DNA of 64,000 nt from Mobula hypostoma (lineage: Eukaryota): assembly GCF_963921235.1 (NCBI RefSeq), contig NC_086097.1:153142001-153206000 (forward strand), in the 5' to 3' direction. Every line of letters begins with the position of its first letter. Position 1 is the first letter of the stretch. Positions 36,010 to 50,550 of this stretch are shown in pieces. The notes under the pieces are model-generated. The model did not search any database. It was given only the letters and a program-made list of their open reading frames with translations, and was not told where the DNA came from. A program made the position numbers and the translations under genes.

Positions 36010-39000
36010 TGACTATCCCACTGTGATGCATAGATATGATAGTTCTGTCTCAGTCCTGATCTGCCAAACTGCAACATCTGGCTGTTAAGTTTCATTCATC
36101 CTATCAGCTGAGGCAGTTTTCCACCATCAACCTGGTAGAGGTGTACATTCCATTCCTGGCCAATATCAAGCTGGCACTGGAGGAGCTGAGCACTGTGATC
36201 AACAGTTACTAGTCAGTGGACTCTGATGCCTTCCTGATCAGAGCAGGGACTTCAACTTGAAGAAGTCTCTGGCCAACTATAACCAGCAGAGCCAAAGAAG
36301 CCAATACACTCAATCACTATTATACCACCATGAAGAAACTTTGCCATGCCATACTGCCCCTGCACTTTGGCAAGTCTGATTGCCTGACTCTACCTCTACT
36401 CTCAATGTACAGGTAGAGATTGAGAACCACTGCACCAGTCTGAGAACCATGACGGTATGGTCAAGGAAAGTACGGAAGTGTTTATAAGATTACTTTGAAT
36501 CAATGGACCGGACCATCATCATAGGATCTGAATAAGTATGCAATAGTTATCATAGACTTAAAGAGTCATGTGCCTTCGAGAATATATTGAGTCTTCCTAA
36601 GACAGATGTCTTGGATGAACCAGAACATCTGGAGTCTGTTGAAGGCTATGTCTTTGACCATCAAGACCAGTAATCCTGAACCCTACAAGAAGTCCAGTGA
36701 TAACCCATGGCAAGTTATCCAGAGAGTGAAAGGGCAATTCTTTGTAAAATTAGAGGCATAATTGGATGCATAGCAGCTGTGGATCACAAGCAGGATCTGC
36801 ATACCACTACTTCCTCTAACGCAAAGGATAACATCATAAATGGCAGTGATGTTTCAGTCCCCGAGGAGCTCAACATTTTTTATGCACACTTTGAAAGGGA
36901 GAATAAAACCTACTCCTGCATGAATCCCCACAGCATCTGATGACCCTGTAACCTGTCTCAGAAGTCAACCTCAGAATATCCTTCAAGAGGGTGAACCCAG
37001 ACAAGGCATCCAGCTCTGACAATGTAGCTGGCCAGATGCCAAAAATCTGTGCCAAACAACTGGCTGCATTGTTCAAGAACATCCACCTCTCAACGCTGTC
37101 AACTGAGGATCCCACATGCTTCAAAATGGCGGCAACCAGGCAACCAAGAGGAGCAGAAAGAGCTGCCTCAGCGGCCGCTGCCTAGTGCCATCACATATAC
37201 TTTGATGAAGTGCTTTGAGAGGTTGGTTATGGCTAGAAGCAAAGCCTACCTAGGCAAGGACCTGGACCCACTGCAATATGCCTATGGCCACAACAAGTCT
37301 ATAGGCATGCAATCTCTCTGGCTCCCTTCTCAGCACTGGAACACCTTGATAACGGAAAAACATATGTCAGACTGCAGTTTATCGATTACAGCTTGCTATT
37401 CAATACCATAATCTCCTCAGTATTAATCAGAAGGCTTCAAAACATAGGCCTCTGCAGCTAGATACTCGACTTCTTTATACAGAAACCACTGTCAGTGCGG
37501 ATCAGTAATAACATCTTGTCATGGTCCGGTCCGTGAAGTCCGCATTCCAGTTCACGGTCCGGTCCGTGGACTCTGGACTCCAGGTCTTCCAGCTGTCCCT
37601 TGTTTGGTTGATCGTAGGTACCTGATTTCCATCTTGAGGCTTGGAATATAAGTGGCCTTGGGGTCAAGTGTGAGCTGCTGGTTTGTCTTGTCAAGATTTC
37701 CAGGGAGCAACCTGCCAGTGGAAGGCTAGTGCGGCCACTTGCCATCTTTAGGCTGTGTAGGAGAACCATTGCTTCATGGAGCCTTGCTGTTGGTAGTTGG
37801 AGCTGTCTTGGTGGTATGGATTCCGCTGTTTCCTGGGCCAGCTGAGTGGCTGCCAGCTTCTCTGAGCTAGGTAGGGATCTGGCTGTTTCCGTAGCCAGCT
37901 GAGGTTGCTGGCTGTAACTGCTACTCGGAGCAACCCGGATACAGAGATGGAACAGTCTGTTGTTCTTTGGTGCTTGTCTCTTCTTGTCCTCGCCTCTATG
38001 GGATAAGTCAGGACATTCTGCCATTGGCCTGTGGGGGGACCTGTCTTGTCTTGTCTTTGCCTCTGTTGGGTAAGTCTGGCCATTCTGCCATTACCCAATG
38101 GATGGTCCTGTCCCACTTAGGTGTGGAGATAAAGTTGAGTCCCAGCTTGTCTAAGTATAAGTCCTGGCTCGATGTCTATGTACTGTCCTGTCTCATATTG
38201 ATGTTGTGTTGAAGGTGAGTCCTGGCTTTTCGAAGGATAAGTCCCAGCTCCATGTTGATGTACAGTTCCCAGTCTGTCTCCTTGCTCCAGCCTCTGAGTT
38301 ATCAGCCTTCGCATTCCAAGACTTAAACCCCGTCTCCAAGCTCAAGCCTCAAGACCCGAGACCCCAGCCTGCAGCCTCAAGACCCAAGACCCCAGCCACA
38401 TCCTGTCCTATAGTCATGTCATGTCCTTGCCTGGTTCTGGGGTCCAAGCCCAAGCCCGAGGCAAGACCCAGATTCTGGGTCCTTGTCCAGTCTCTGGCTC
38501 AGAGCCCAAGCCCAGGCTCCTAGTGCATAGTTCCTTGTCTGGGTTCCCTGTCTTGTCCATGTCCTAGCCCAAGTCTGTGTTTTTGTCCCTTCTCCTTGTC
38601 TGTATCCTGTCATGTCCCTACTCTAGTCAAGTCCTATTCCTTGTACTTCAGTGCCTGTGTCTTGCACTTGGGTCCACTACCAGTGCCCCCTTTGCAACAC
38701 ATCTCCTTATTACTGACAGTCAACAAAGTCCCACCACAAGGATGTGTGCTCAGCCCACTGTTCTACTCTTTTCTGCACCCAACACTATGTGGCTAAGCAC
38801 AGATCAACCACCATAAACTTGCCAGTGACTCCAGTGTTGTTGGTAAATTCTCAGATTGGAATGGGGAGTGAGATAGATCAGCAAGTTGAGTGGTGTATTA
38901 GCATCAACAATATAAAGGAATTGGATGTGATCTCCAGCAAGGGGAGATTAGAGAATATACTCCAAACCTTATTGAGAGGTCAGTGGTGGAAATCAACATA

Positions 39001-39400
39001 TGTGTGGGCACCAGCATCTTGGAGGATTTATCATGAAATCCAATGCATTGATGCAATCATGCAGAAGACACAACAGTGTCTCTATCCCATTAGGAGATTT
39101 GGCATGTCACCAAATACTCTTACAAAGGTACAGTGGAGAGCATTCTGACTGGAAGCATTACAGGCTGATATGGAGGATTTAATGCAGAGGACTGAAAGAT
39201 GCTACAGAGTGCTATGGGCTCAACCAGTTCCATCATGGGACCAGCCCTCCTCACCATTGAGAACATCTTCAACAGGTGGAGCCTCAAGATGTTGGCATCT
39301 ATCACTAAGGACCCTCAGTATCTGAGACATGTCATTTTCTTGCTATTACCATTAGGGAGGAAGTACAGGAGCCTGAAGACCCACGCACAATGATTTTTTC
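36010..39400 (+). mobile_element. Decayed Rex1/Babar LINE split by a solo LTR
   Basis: 'EELNIFYAHFE', 'LMKCFERLVM..LDPLQYAY', 'PQGCVLSPL'; the sequence resumes after 38699. Confidence 0.8.
37517..38699 (+). mobile_element. Solo LTR, Gypsy-like (1183 bp)
   Basis: TG...CA termini; 5-bp TSD CATCT (37512-37516, 38700-38704); TATA-like 'aatataag' near 37645; 'tgcacttgggtcc' near the 3' end. Confidence 0.8.
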
Positions 39401-42400
39401 CCCTCCACTTAATTTCTAACAGAAGCTAACCAAGAAAATAACCAGGATTTTCTTTACTTATTTGGAACACTATGCTGCTTAATTATATCTGGTGACTGTT
39501 GCCAAACAGTTTCTATCTAGCGTCTTTTATGGGCACTTGTGTGGTCATTTGATACTATGTTATGCTTAAAGTGAACAGTTGCAAGTATTTGTATTCAAAA
39601 CAGTATTTTTTGTCATTGATAGTTGGCGAGAAAAAAAACCCCATTCTTACACTGACATGTTTATCCTCAACCTTACCTACAGTCATGAGGAAAGTGGTAC
39701 AGACAGAATTTCATTAGCTTCAATCTTTTGTGTAGAAATTTCTTGCCTCAAAGCACAGCAAATCTCTGGAATTTTCCACCGCAAAAATGGTGGAGGCCAG
39801 ATCATTAGATATATTTAAGGTGGAGATGGATAAATATTTAAAAAACTGAGGAATTGAGAGTTACAGGTATAGAAGGAGTGTGGCCAGCATAGATAAGCCA
39901 TGATCATATTCAATGGAGTGACAGACTTGATAAGTGATTACTACTCCTACTGTAGTGTTCTTGTACTGTTAACCAAACTACAGTCAGATGCTTCTCTCAG
40001 CACTCTCTGCAGGTCATGAACTGCATAGCAGATGTATTCCCATTAACGTTTGCATTATTTTATGCTCGCTCATTGATGAGAATTCATGCCTAACCCACAC
40101 AAAATACAGTGATAGGAAGCTTCAGGCATATAATAGAATATGGGAAAAGTCTGCAGCTAGTCTCTCCATCTCTGAAAATAGAAGTTAAAACTGTGGAGGT
40201 AATCCTTCAAAGAAGGAACTTGTATGAATTAAATCCATGATTAAGGTCTCAGAATGCTTCTTGTCACAATATTTGAAGTGAAGGCTTTGAAGGTTTATGA
40301 GCAAATTGAGCAGGCTTCACAAACACATCAAGATCTTGCAAACGACAACGATCAGAAATACACGGAGAAGATCATTAATAAAGTGCTGCATGAAAACAAT
40401 TGACATTAAAGAAAAATTACAACAAAGAAGAAAATATAAAATCTAGTAAATATTACAAAAAAGGAATTTATCAAGAAGCTTTAATTTATGTGTATCCTTA
40501 TCATCTCTCAAAATTTACAACAAAAGAAAAAGATGAACTATTTTCATTTGGATGGCACCATGCAAAATGTTATTAAGCAGATCACAGCCAAGAGCATACC
40601 TTTGAAGTATGATCATTGATCTAACACCTAATGTAGGAAGTATGGCATCTAATTCCGAATAATAACACAATCAATTTTATATATCTTTTATTTGCAAGTT
40701 GCATCTGTTTGTTAGTTTTACACTAGCCATTTGTTCTGAGTCAATTTGCACAAATAAGGAAATTGGTCCTGGTTAAAATTTTACTTATTGCAGACGGTGT
40801 TGGGCACACATCTAGTTACATTTTCTGATGTCCATCAGCTATTTCTGTATTGACCAGCAGCACTTGGCTGCTGAAGATACAACCTATGACCTGCATTCAT
40901 AAAGGACATGAATAAATAAACAGCAAAGTCTGCAGCAAGTTGGCAGAGCAAAATAAATTAATGGTTCCCCATTGGAACACAGATGTTTTGCCCACAAGAA
41001 TCAGTGACAAAAAGCACAGCATCTCTGTACTGCACGTCAGTGCAAGAAGCTTTGATCCCTGGCCCATTGACAAGCCTGTAACATATAATTGCCATGGGCA
41101 TTATGTAGTACAGGGCTGGATTAGCCTACACCACTGCACAGAAGTGCACAGACATACCGGAGAGCACCTTGACCCTCTCTTCTTCCCCATTGTTTCTCCT
41201 CATCTTGTGCCAACCTTTTATTCTGCTGTATGACCGTTGCCATGGAGAGTTCTCTTTAAAAGCTGACATGACAGTGTGAACTCTGCAACGGCTAATGTTT
41301 TCTTGCTCGATTCAGGGTGAAAAACATCATAATTTTATTCACCTATTTTTCATCAATTTCCTAATGTTTTTGCAAGTAAATTCATTGGGTGTGGAAATCC
41401 TAAACAATGACCGATCAGAAAAAAAGACTTGATGAGACTGCTGGCCTACTCTTGCTCCTGCTCTTTTTTTGTGTGTTGGAGATAGGTTAATGTCTTATGC
41501 CATCACATACATTTCAGAGATAGGTTTCATAAACCCAGTGAGATATATTTTCAGATAAAATGTAAATAAAAACAAAAACAATGCTAGAAAAACTCGAAAC
41601 TTCAGATGGCACACGTGGAAAGAGAAGCAGTCAATGCAATCATTCATCGGAAATGGGAGAAGGAGAGATACAGGTGAGTTTTCAGTGTGACAGAAAATGG
41701 GGGAATGATGAATAGAATAGAGGGAATGTCTGTGATGGAACAAATTGAAATGGCTTAATATTTGTTGGAGGGTAAATACTTGTAAAGGCATTTTCCTTGC
41801 TGTGTTATTACAGTGTCCATGGATTATTGCCTCTACCTGAGAAAGAAAGTTTAATGGCTTGGACTTGTATGTAAGTACAGGTACCTACAGTACATGTCCC
41901 AGGAAAATGTTGGCAACTTGGGATTTTTTAGCACATGTGCTGATGTTGTGATAAGTGATTTGTGCCAATTTCCTCACATACGCTCCAACACTGAATCTCT
42001 CATGGACAAAGAAACAATTGCAGCTATTTCCCAATGCATGGCAAGGATCCACACAAACAATATGTGCCAGATTAGGCTGTATTCTTCTTTTTAATGGGCA
42101 CTGGACATCTGAAAAATATTGTTAATATATATTTTTAAATAGCTGAACATAAAGGTTGTGGTTACTTTGTGAGGGAAGCTAGTCCCATCCCAACTCCATC
42201 ACTGTCCACCATTTTACACTAAGAAGTTCCATTACATTGCTACAGATCAGCTTGGCTCACGGGGTCTTGCTGTCAAGAATCATTGCCAACTGCAAGGTTC
42301 CACTGAGGGAATTGTATTAGATTTCCAAATTTCCTTCAGCTGTGAGCGTGGGTGGTTCATTGCACACCACAAATTCTGGACCATTTCCAGCAGTGCTATA

Positions 42401-43499
42401 GTCACTGAAGTTTCAGATTAGAAATATGGGTTATTGTTTTAAAATGGCCTTCGAACCTAATTTAGAGATTACTATGCTTGTAATTATATAGAAATAAAAA
42501 TATGGAAATATGCAGTTTGGCTAATCATCCATGTAGTTGTTTATTGTCCATATACTCTATGTTGTGTTATTAAATGAAGTTCAGCTCTGTTTCTTTATTC
42601 TACAATTTTCCAATAACCTATGCAGAAATATAGACATGCCCACTGGTAGTTGGCAATTGTCCATATGCACCAAGAGACAGTGAAAAGCTTTGTTTTTCAT
42701 GCCATCCAGGCAGATAATTCCAAACGTAAATATATTGAGGTAGTATAAAATTTGAAAAAAAAGACAACGTATACTACAGTGCTCCAGTTGCCGAAAAAGT
42801 GCATTTGCAGATAAGGTGCAAGGGTCATGACAAGGTGGACTGTAAGATCTTTATTAGACAACAGTTCATTTCAAAAGTCTCAGAACAACAGGGTAGTATT
42901 TGTTCTTGAGCATGGTTCTGAGTTTTCAAACTTTTGTATTGTTTCCCCAATGGAAGGGGGGAGAAGAGAGAATAACCATGGTGGGAGGGGTCCTTTATTT
43001 TGTTGGCTGTTTTCCTGAGGTAGCAGGAAGTGTCAATAGAGTCAATGGAGTTAAGGATTTCATTAGTAACAATGTAAGATATTAGGTATCTCCCTGAATG
43101 TCAGTAGTTTAATCATGCATTCTCATCTCAGAGTATAATAAGTTTAATCTAATAACTGATTAAAATTGACTTATTTCCCTGTTCATTCTAAATTTTAACC
43201 TCTCTATCAAGGACTAGTGTAATTTTCTCTACACCAAAGAAAGTCTCGACATTTTTTCAATGTTTTCTTCATCTTTGAATTTCCCCATGCTTACCAGAAT
43301 CCCAGTGTGTCTGTGCCATATTACCTCCCTTACTTCTATATCTTCCCAGTCTGAATACTGTATAGAGATGTACTGCACAGAAACATCTTTTAGACACTAA
43401 GTCCATGTTGAACGTCATTCACCCATTAACCAGTATCTGCATTCCAGTTTTCATTTAATTAACTTTTCATTCAGATGCTTCATTATATCTTGAGATCTG

Positions 43500-44000
43500 G
43501 GTGAACTTGTTTCCAGAGCATAGTCACCATAGGTGGAAGAGTTTCTCATTAATTCTAGAAATTGACTCTATTCCAAGAGGAAGTTTGTTGGTGGTGTGTT
43601 TCATTGCAGTGAGAAAGGCTGTAAAAAGTGTTCTGTAACATTGATTGACACTGGTCTTCATGATAATTAGTGCTGAAGTAGACCTTAGGATCATGACTTG
43701 CTTAACATTATGAAACAAACTTAAGATGGTGACTTACTTCTGTGAACAGGCCTATTTGTGGAGAGTACTCCATGCTCCCTGCAAGTTGATGGAATGAGAT
43801 TGAGAAAGACCATGTATTGCAATTGCAATGCATCCTGCATTTTGTTTGAAGTAGGTGATGGGTAAAGATCATATCCACTATGTCACAAGTAGAACAGAAT
43901 TCACACAGCAATCCATGCCAGTGGTAAGATCTTTGGGATCCTTCTTGAGCCTTTGTGGAAGAAAGAAGCCATCATCTTCTTCATGCCAGAAAAGTCTTTG
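43500..44000 (-). mobile_element. Ancient RTE-clade RT remnant
   Basis: 'CEFCSTCDIVDMIFTHHLLQTKC' resembles the RTE motif 'QCGFR..RSTVDMIF..RQLQEKC'. Confidence 0.45.
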
Positions 44001-46829
44001 GTTAGTTAAGGAAAATGATACTTGAAGATTAAGATTTTGGACTCAATAAAAACATGTGGTGTACTGGGCAGGAATGAACCCTGCACTCCAAGCATTTCTA
44101 AGATCTGAACTACCCATATCAAGCATGTCAGGCACTGGCAAAATAGCACCAAGATATTTCAAAAATTTTTCAATTTCACTGGAAGGATTACAAGAACCAA
44201 TCTCAATCTTTTCTCCAAGCCCATCATTCACAGCTAGTCTTTCTTGGCTATATTGGAAAAGCCATATTTCTCCAATGCCTGATGCCAGACTCCCAAATAT
44301 AATACTTTAATCTGACCTTTGTTGTAGGAATTGATTACCGGATAGCAAGATTCAAGAGCTCAATAATTGCTATGACTACCCCACTGACCCTTGCCCCTTC
44401 CCCTACTGCCCTTCCTGATGAACAGTCTGTGTATCTCACATTGCCTTCCTTCAGAATCCGTAAAACCGAGTAAAATCAACTCAATTTTGATCTTCAGGGA
44501 CTGCTTATAAAGTAGCAGATTCATATCTTAATTGCTATATTTAAAAACACTTCTCATTAAATCCAGCTATTTAGTAATTTAATCCTTAATTATGAATTCT
44601 AAAATGTTTCTGCAGCTGTTAAGCTATATATTTGTAATTATTTGAAATAGGTCTGTCCTTTTTATTGAAACTAAGCATCATTTTGGTCAGTTGCCAGACC
44701 TGTCACATATTCACTCTCAATAAAATCTTGAATTATCATTTCTATACACATTTCTACTCCTTAGAATTACACTGGGACCTCGTAAAATTGATTTTTTTGA
44801 CTCCCTAGGTCCTGGAAAAACACAGTAGAAATCAACAATATGCAAAGTACATGAATGTCACTTCCTGGATTTCCATTGGTTCATTGTACGCAGCAGGTGG
44901 CACTTGTCACTTGTGAGGACTGTTTCAGCATCACACTAAGAGGAGGTCTCCATGCTACAGAATCAGGTCATGTAATTTACCTTAGATTCATTCCCTTTTC
45001 GTAAGATACATGCACGTGGTGTCAGCTTCTAGTTAGCCTTCTCTGGCCTGCCCGAGTCCCTTGATTAACAGTTTCCCAGCTTCACTATGGACCAGCCTGA
45101 TCAGTTGCCCAACCTGAACTCCAATCCATGTTTCAACCCCCAAGAGCTAAACATCCTCTCATCAAATTCCATCAACTCTCCTAAGTAATCCTCCATTAAT
45201 GACATCCCCTACTGATCCCTGAATTCTTATTCCTTATCCCACCCATAGGCAGGCCTCTTTTTCTTAAGCTAATAGCCTGACCAACATTGGTGCACAGACC
45301 TGTGAGAGGGAGGTCTATGTATGGTCTGGGCCTTGGGCAACTACATTTTGCAACTACAAAACATATGTTGCCCCTTTAATGTCCCATTGAAGTCAATTTG
45401 TTTCTTTACTCCATTTCATTTATATTGTCAGTTCCTATTATGAATATCTGGCAGCATGAAATGAAAAGTAAATTTTATTTTTGTCAAGACTGACTTCTGT
45501 TCAAAGTTATGGAATTTAAAAAAAATATTGTTATGCTTTTACTGTTCATTTTTCTCACCCTCATTACTGTAGCAACTGAATCCCACTGAGCAATAGCATG
45601 AATATTGGCTACCATACGCAGAGGACAAAATCAGGTCTCAGAGTATCATTTTTAGGAACTATGTTGGTATGTTAATATTAAGAATAGAGTCTAAGAGTTA
45701 CCATCCTGGCATTTGGAGCATCACATTTGTGTCTGATGACTGCAGGATGCTGCAAGATGATGTAGATTGGAATATATCATTGATCTGATGTTAACATTGA
45801 CAACTTTGTATCCCACCCTCCAAATGGTGACTGATCTTAACCTTGCACAACAGGAATTGGGATGCAGAATCCCTACTCATGCCACTTTAGAGGATCTGGT
45901 CATTACATGAGGGGATTATACTCCCTAGCAGTGGGTAAGAGCTTTCCTACAATAGGTGGAAGCTTGTTGCATTGTTCTTAAAGTACTTTTGAGAGTCCTT
46001 AAAATGTTATGCTGAAACAGGTTTCCTCCAGAGAAAGTTGGCTTGTTAGCCTTTCCTCGAATAAAGGGATCAAGAATCAGCCCAGGGACATTAAAGGCTA
46101 CAGAAAGTGGTGGATCGGAGGTAGAGAAGCCTTAGGTCAAACACCATCTGGTTCAGGAACAGTTATTATACTACAACCATTAGACTCTCTGGAGTGGTGT
46201 GGATAACTTCATTCCCCATTACTCTGAACTGATTCTACAAACTACAGCCTCACTGTGTACAACACATGTTCTTAGTGTTATTTTTATTTGCAGTTTGTCT
46301 TCTTTTGTACATTGGTTGCTCGTCAGTCTCGTTTATGTATAGTTTTTCAAAAAATTCTTCTGTAATTCATTTTTTGCTGGAAAATACCTGCAAGAAAATG
46401 AATATCATGGTAGCACATGGTAACATATGTGAACTTTGATGATACATTTACTTTATTTTGAACCAGGTAGACCATGAGAATAAGCAAAAGTCACGAAGCA
46501 TGGAGCAGACACTAAGTCTCAAATGGTCCATGCTGACCAAGATTCCCATCTAAGTTAGTCCCATTTGCTCTTATTTGGCACATATTCTTCAAAACATTTC
46601 ATATCCATATGCCTGTCTAAGTATCTCTAATATGTTGTCATGTACTTGCTTTACCCACTTCCTCCGGCAGCAAATTCCATACACTGAAATATTACTCTTC
46701 AGGTTCCTATTAAATCTTTCCCCTTTCACCCTAAACCTGTGCCTTTCAGTTCTTGATGCCACAGCCCTTGGAAAAAGACAGCACATTGGCCCATCTATGC
46801 CTCTCATGAGCATTCTCTATAAATACTGC

Positions 46830-47900
46830 CATCCTAAAAAAAATCCACTACCAGGCTCATTGTCCCCACTCCTTCCCATTCAGCATTTTCCAGGGACCAT
46901 TCTGGACCATGTGACTCCCTCTTCCATTCTCATCAACCTCTTTTTTTTATGGCTTTTACCTTTGCAACCGCAGGTGATGCAACACAGGTCCTATTACTTC
47001 TTCCCTTCCCACCAACCAGGGATCTAAAGGAGGTCTGAGAAGACTGAGAAGGTACTTGTGCAATATTTGCAATGGCATGAATTGTGAAGATGAAGTAAAG
47101 CAGGTGAACAAAGGAATTAATAAATATTCTTGGTGAGGAGTTCACAAATACAAGAATATCTGCAGATACTGGAAATCCAAGCAACACACGCAAATGAAGG
47201 GTCTTGATGAAGGCTTTCAGCCCGAAATGTCAACTGTTTACTCTTTTCCATGGAGGTTCCCTGGCCTACTCAGTTCCTCCAGCATTTTGTGTGTGTTGCT
47301 TGGTGAGGATGTGATAGTTTTCCACTGAATTGAGCTGTTTGTGAAACTTGAAGATAAACTCATTCATCTTTCCAGGTAAAGCAGCTATTCACTGGCACGT
47401 TTTCCAATCTCGAACACTGCATTCCAGATACGCTATGTGGTTTCCTCTACTTTGAAGAATCCAAACACAGGTTAGATGATTACTTTGTGGAATATCTGCA
47501 TTCAGTCCACAGTGATAACCTTGAACTTCCCACTGTCGGCCACTTTAATTCTTTATCCCAATCCCACTCTGACCTATCAGTCTGTCTGCTCATCAGAGAA
47601 AGGCTTGAGACAAGCTCAAGGAACAGTATTATGTCTGCTGCCTGGGCACATTGCAGCCTTTTGGACCCAATATTGAATTCTACAACCTCAAATAACTTGA
47701 TTTTAAAGTCTGTATTGGTCATCCTTCTGTAATATTAGCTCTGCACTTTTTCCTTTCATTTTGTTTCTCTCTGTGAGTGAAAGAGATGCCTGGTAGATCA
47801 CACATTCTACTGTCTACTATCTTTGGTCTATTAGTTGCTTCCCTTCCCACACCGACCAGATCCTCTTGTTTATAGCTTATCACCATGGCAACCACAGTTT
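46830..47900 (+). mobile_element. Old Penelope GIY-YIG remnant
   Basis: Degenerate similarity to the 62593-63318 protein ('PTVGHFNSLSQSHSDLSV' versus 'PVATYFNSTSHSHSDMSI'). Confidence 0.65.
47140..47298. mobile_element. Partially inverted pLTR insertion
   Basis: 11-bp direct repeat CTTGGTGAGGA (47129-47139, 47299-47309); degenerate hammerhead 'ttgatga..cccgaaatgtc'. Confidence 0.75.
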
Positions 47901-50030
47901 TATGGCGGACCCTATCCCTGTTTTGGTGGCAAAAGTATATGGTGATGGCTGGTAAGTGGGAAATCGAACAAATGCGAATGAGGGTAGCATCTATGATAGA
48001 TTGATGATCATCAATCACAGGGAATTATTACTGTACTTTTTAAAAATTGATCTATCTATCTTTGTATCTTTGTTTCTTTCTGCTTCATTGTTTAAGCATG
48101 AAATACACTTCACTAGCTATCTATTTTGCTAAGAGAGCATTCAACAGTGGGATTAGGTAAAATCACATTGCAATAATCAAGAGAGATAACTATTTTTCTT
48201 TTGCGTACTAATATTATTTTTAATTGAAATGTGACATAAATAAATCAGCAGATTCATAAATTTATTGAATTAATTCAAGCAGCATTTCCAAATCAGTGTT
48301 GAATGTTGTAATCAATAATTAACAATTACATTGTTCCAGCTATATCTGTTTCTCTGTTCTTCTTTTTACACTTACTCAATAATCAGCCAAGGTTACTCTC
48401 ATTTCGGCCTGGCCCAACTTGATGTTTACCTCAGCACTTGTTAACATTGTGGAGTGTCAAGCTCACAGAAAATCGAAAGCCATCAAACAAATATCACCCT
48501 GCAGGTAAAGGCATAGAAACCTGCTGTAAGGGGGTGAGGTAAATGTCAGTTTTCTTTTCATTATGCATCTTTTCTGTCTCCTGAATGAAACGATCATCTG
48601 CTGACAACTTGTGGAAAATGTGAGCTGCTGCATACTTTACAGCCAATTAAAATGAAGGGCACAGCAATGTTTTCTCAGCAAACTAAGTATACTGCAGAGT
48701 GTGATGTGTACAGTCTGCACTCCTGACAGCTTACTGTTTTCTTTCCCACTGAGAAATGATATTATGAGCCGGAGACATCCATTTTATTCTCTAGTTTTTC
48801 TTCCTTTTTCTGTTGAAGGCAGTCTCATGCTGACTTATTTCCCAGGCATTTGAAGCTTTCTGGAATTTCATCCAAATAAGGGTTATTTGTGTGCAATCCT
48901 TGGGACCATTGACAGCAATCTTTTCATAGGTTCATAACGTGCAGAATATAGCCATATAACATATTATCCCTTTGCTGACTTTCTTGAGAGGGATACTTAA
49001 TTAATCTAATTTTCTTCAGAATTCCACAAAGACCTTTCTCTTGAACACAGGGGGAAAAAGGGTTCGCTAGGGAAGAGAGGTGCAATACTGTGTGTGTACC
49101 TATTCCAGTTCTTGTTGGCACTTGTTGGGGAACAGCAGGCACCAAAATCTCCCACGGATCAGGAGGAAGCAATATATAGTGTATGGATATCATCCAGTGA
49201 ATGGTGAGTCCATCATTTGAAGCTGATTAATCAACTGAAGTTGTTTGTTCCTCTAGAGCTCAATCATGAAAGCTTTTAACGTGTAAGTTGACTGCCTCTT
49301 ATTCAGCCTTATACAGTTGTTAGATCATGACATAATGTTCTTATCTTATAGTTTATGATTACTCAGAACTTTATAGTATTAATTTTTGATGTACAAGCCA
49401 TCCAGAAGCTATTGAAATCTAATGATGCACCAGAAGAATTTGCCAGGCAACTGTCTCATTCTCATTTCAGAAAAGGGGTACAATTGATTTCTCCACTGAG
49501 GTTAAAAGTATTGCCTCCCTGTGATTTTTTTTAATGAAAGCAAATGAGAGGAAAATGTCATGAGTGAGTGTGAATTTATTTGCAGCAGCTTGCTAGCAAA
49601 TGAAGAAATAATGAGATCATTGAAATGTCTGCATGCGGTGATGTAATGCTGAAATCAAGAACTGGTAAATTAAAGTACATTTCCAAATATTCTAAAATAT
49701 GATGCCCAAACCCTGCAATCCCCCAAAAACTTGTTCATCTTTCTTTCATGTTCAAGGGGGAAAGGACCTCAGTCTATGCCTACAGCAAAATTTTCTAGGT
49801 GCCTACACCTCTGGAGAGCAGAATTTGTCCTAATTTTCTCTTCATTCTTGACATTCTTTTATCACTAACTCTCAAGTAGATGAAATGGTACCCTTTTTCT
49901 ATTCAACCCTTCACCACTAGCTATAATATTGAAAGTCATCTTATAATTATTCATTTTAGAAATTTTGTGAAAATAATCAGAGATATACACCTATAATGTC
50001 TTTGTTATTAGCTTCATGATCATTTATGTA

Positions 50031-50550
50031 CACTAGGTGCCACTTTAGTAGATATATCGGTACACTGGTACACCTGCTCATTAATGCAAGTATCTATTCA
50101 GCCAATCATGTGGCAGCAATTCAATGCATAAGAACATGCAGAAATAGTCAAGCAATACAGTTGTTTATTAGATCAAACATCAAAATGGGGAAAAATGTGG
50201 TTTCAGTGACTTTGACCACAGAATGATAGTTGGTGCCAGATGGAGTGGTTTGAGTATCTCAGAAACTGCTCGGATTTTAATGAACAATTGTCCCTAGAGT
50301 TTACAGAAAATAATGCAATAAGCAAAAAGCATCCAGTGAGCAGCTGCACTGTGGGTGAAAATGTCTTGTTAATGAGGTAGGCAAAGGAGAATGGCCTGAC
50401 TGTTTCAAGCTGACAGGAAGGCAAGTCAAATACTCAAATAACCACACATTACAACAGTGGTGTGCGGAACAGCATGTCTGAACACACAACCCATTGAATG
50501 TTGAATTAAATGGTCTACAGCAGCAGAAAATCGCAAGAAGCCACTGAGTG
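50031..50550 (+). mobile_element. Tc1/mariner deletion derivative
   Basis: TA followed by 'cactaggtgccacttta' with the partner 'gccactgagtg' at the right end; decayed transposase start 'MGK..SDFDHRMIVGARWSGLSISETA'. Confidence 0.75.

Noticed and set aside
37458..38816. ORFs up to 188 aa inside the LTR
   Set aside because: No recognisable domains; overlapping frames in low-complexity LTR sequence.
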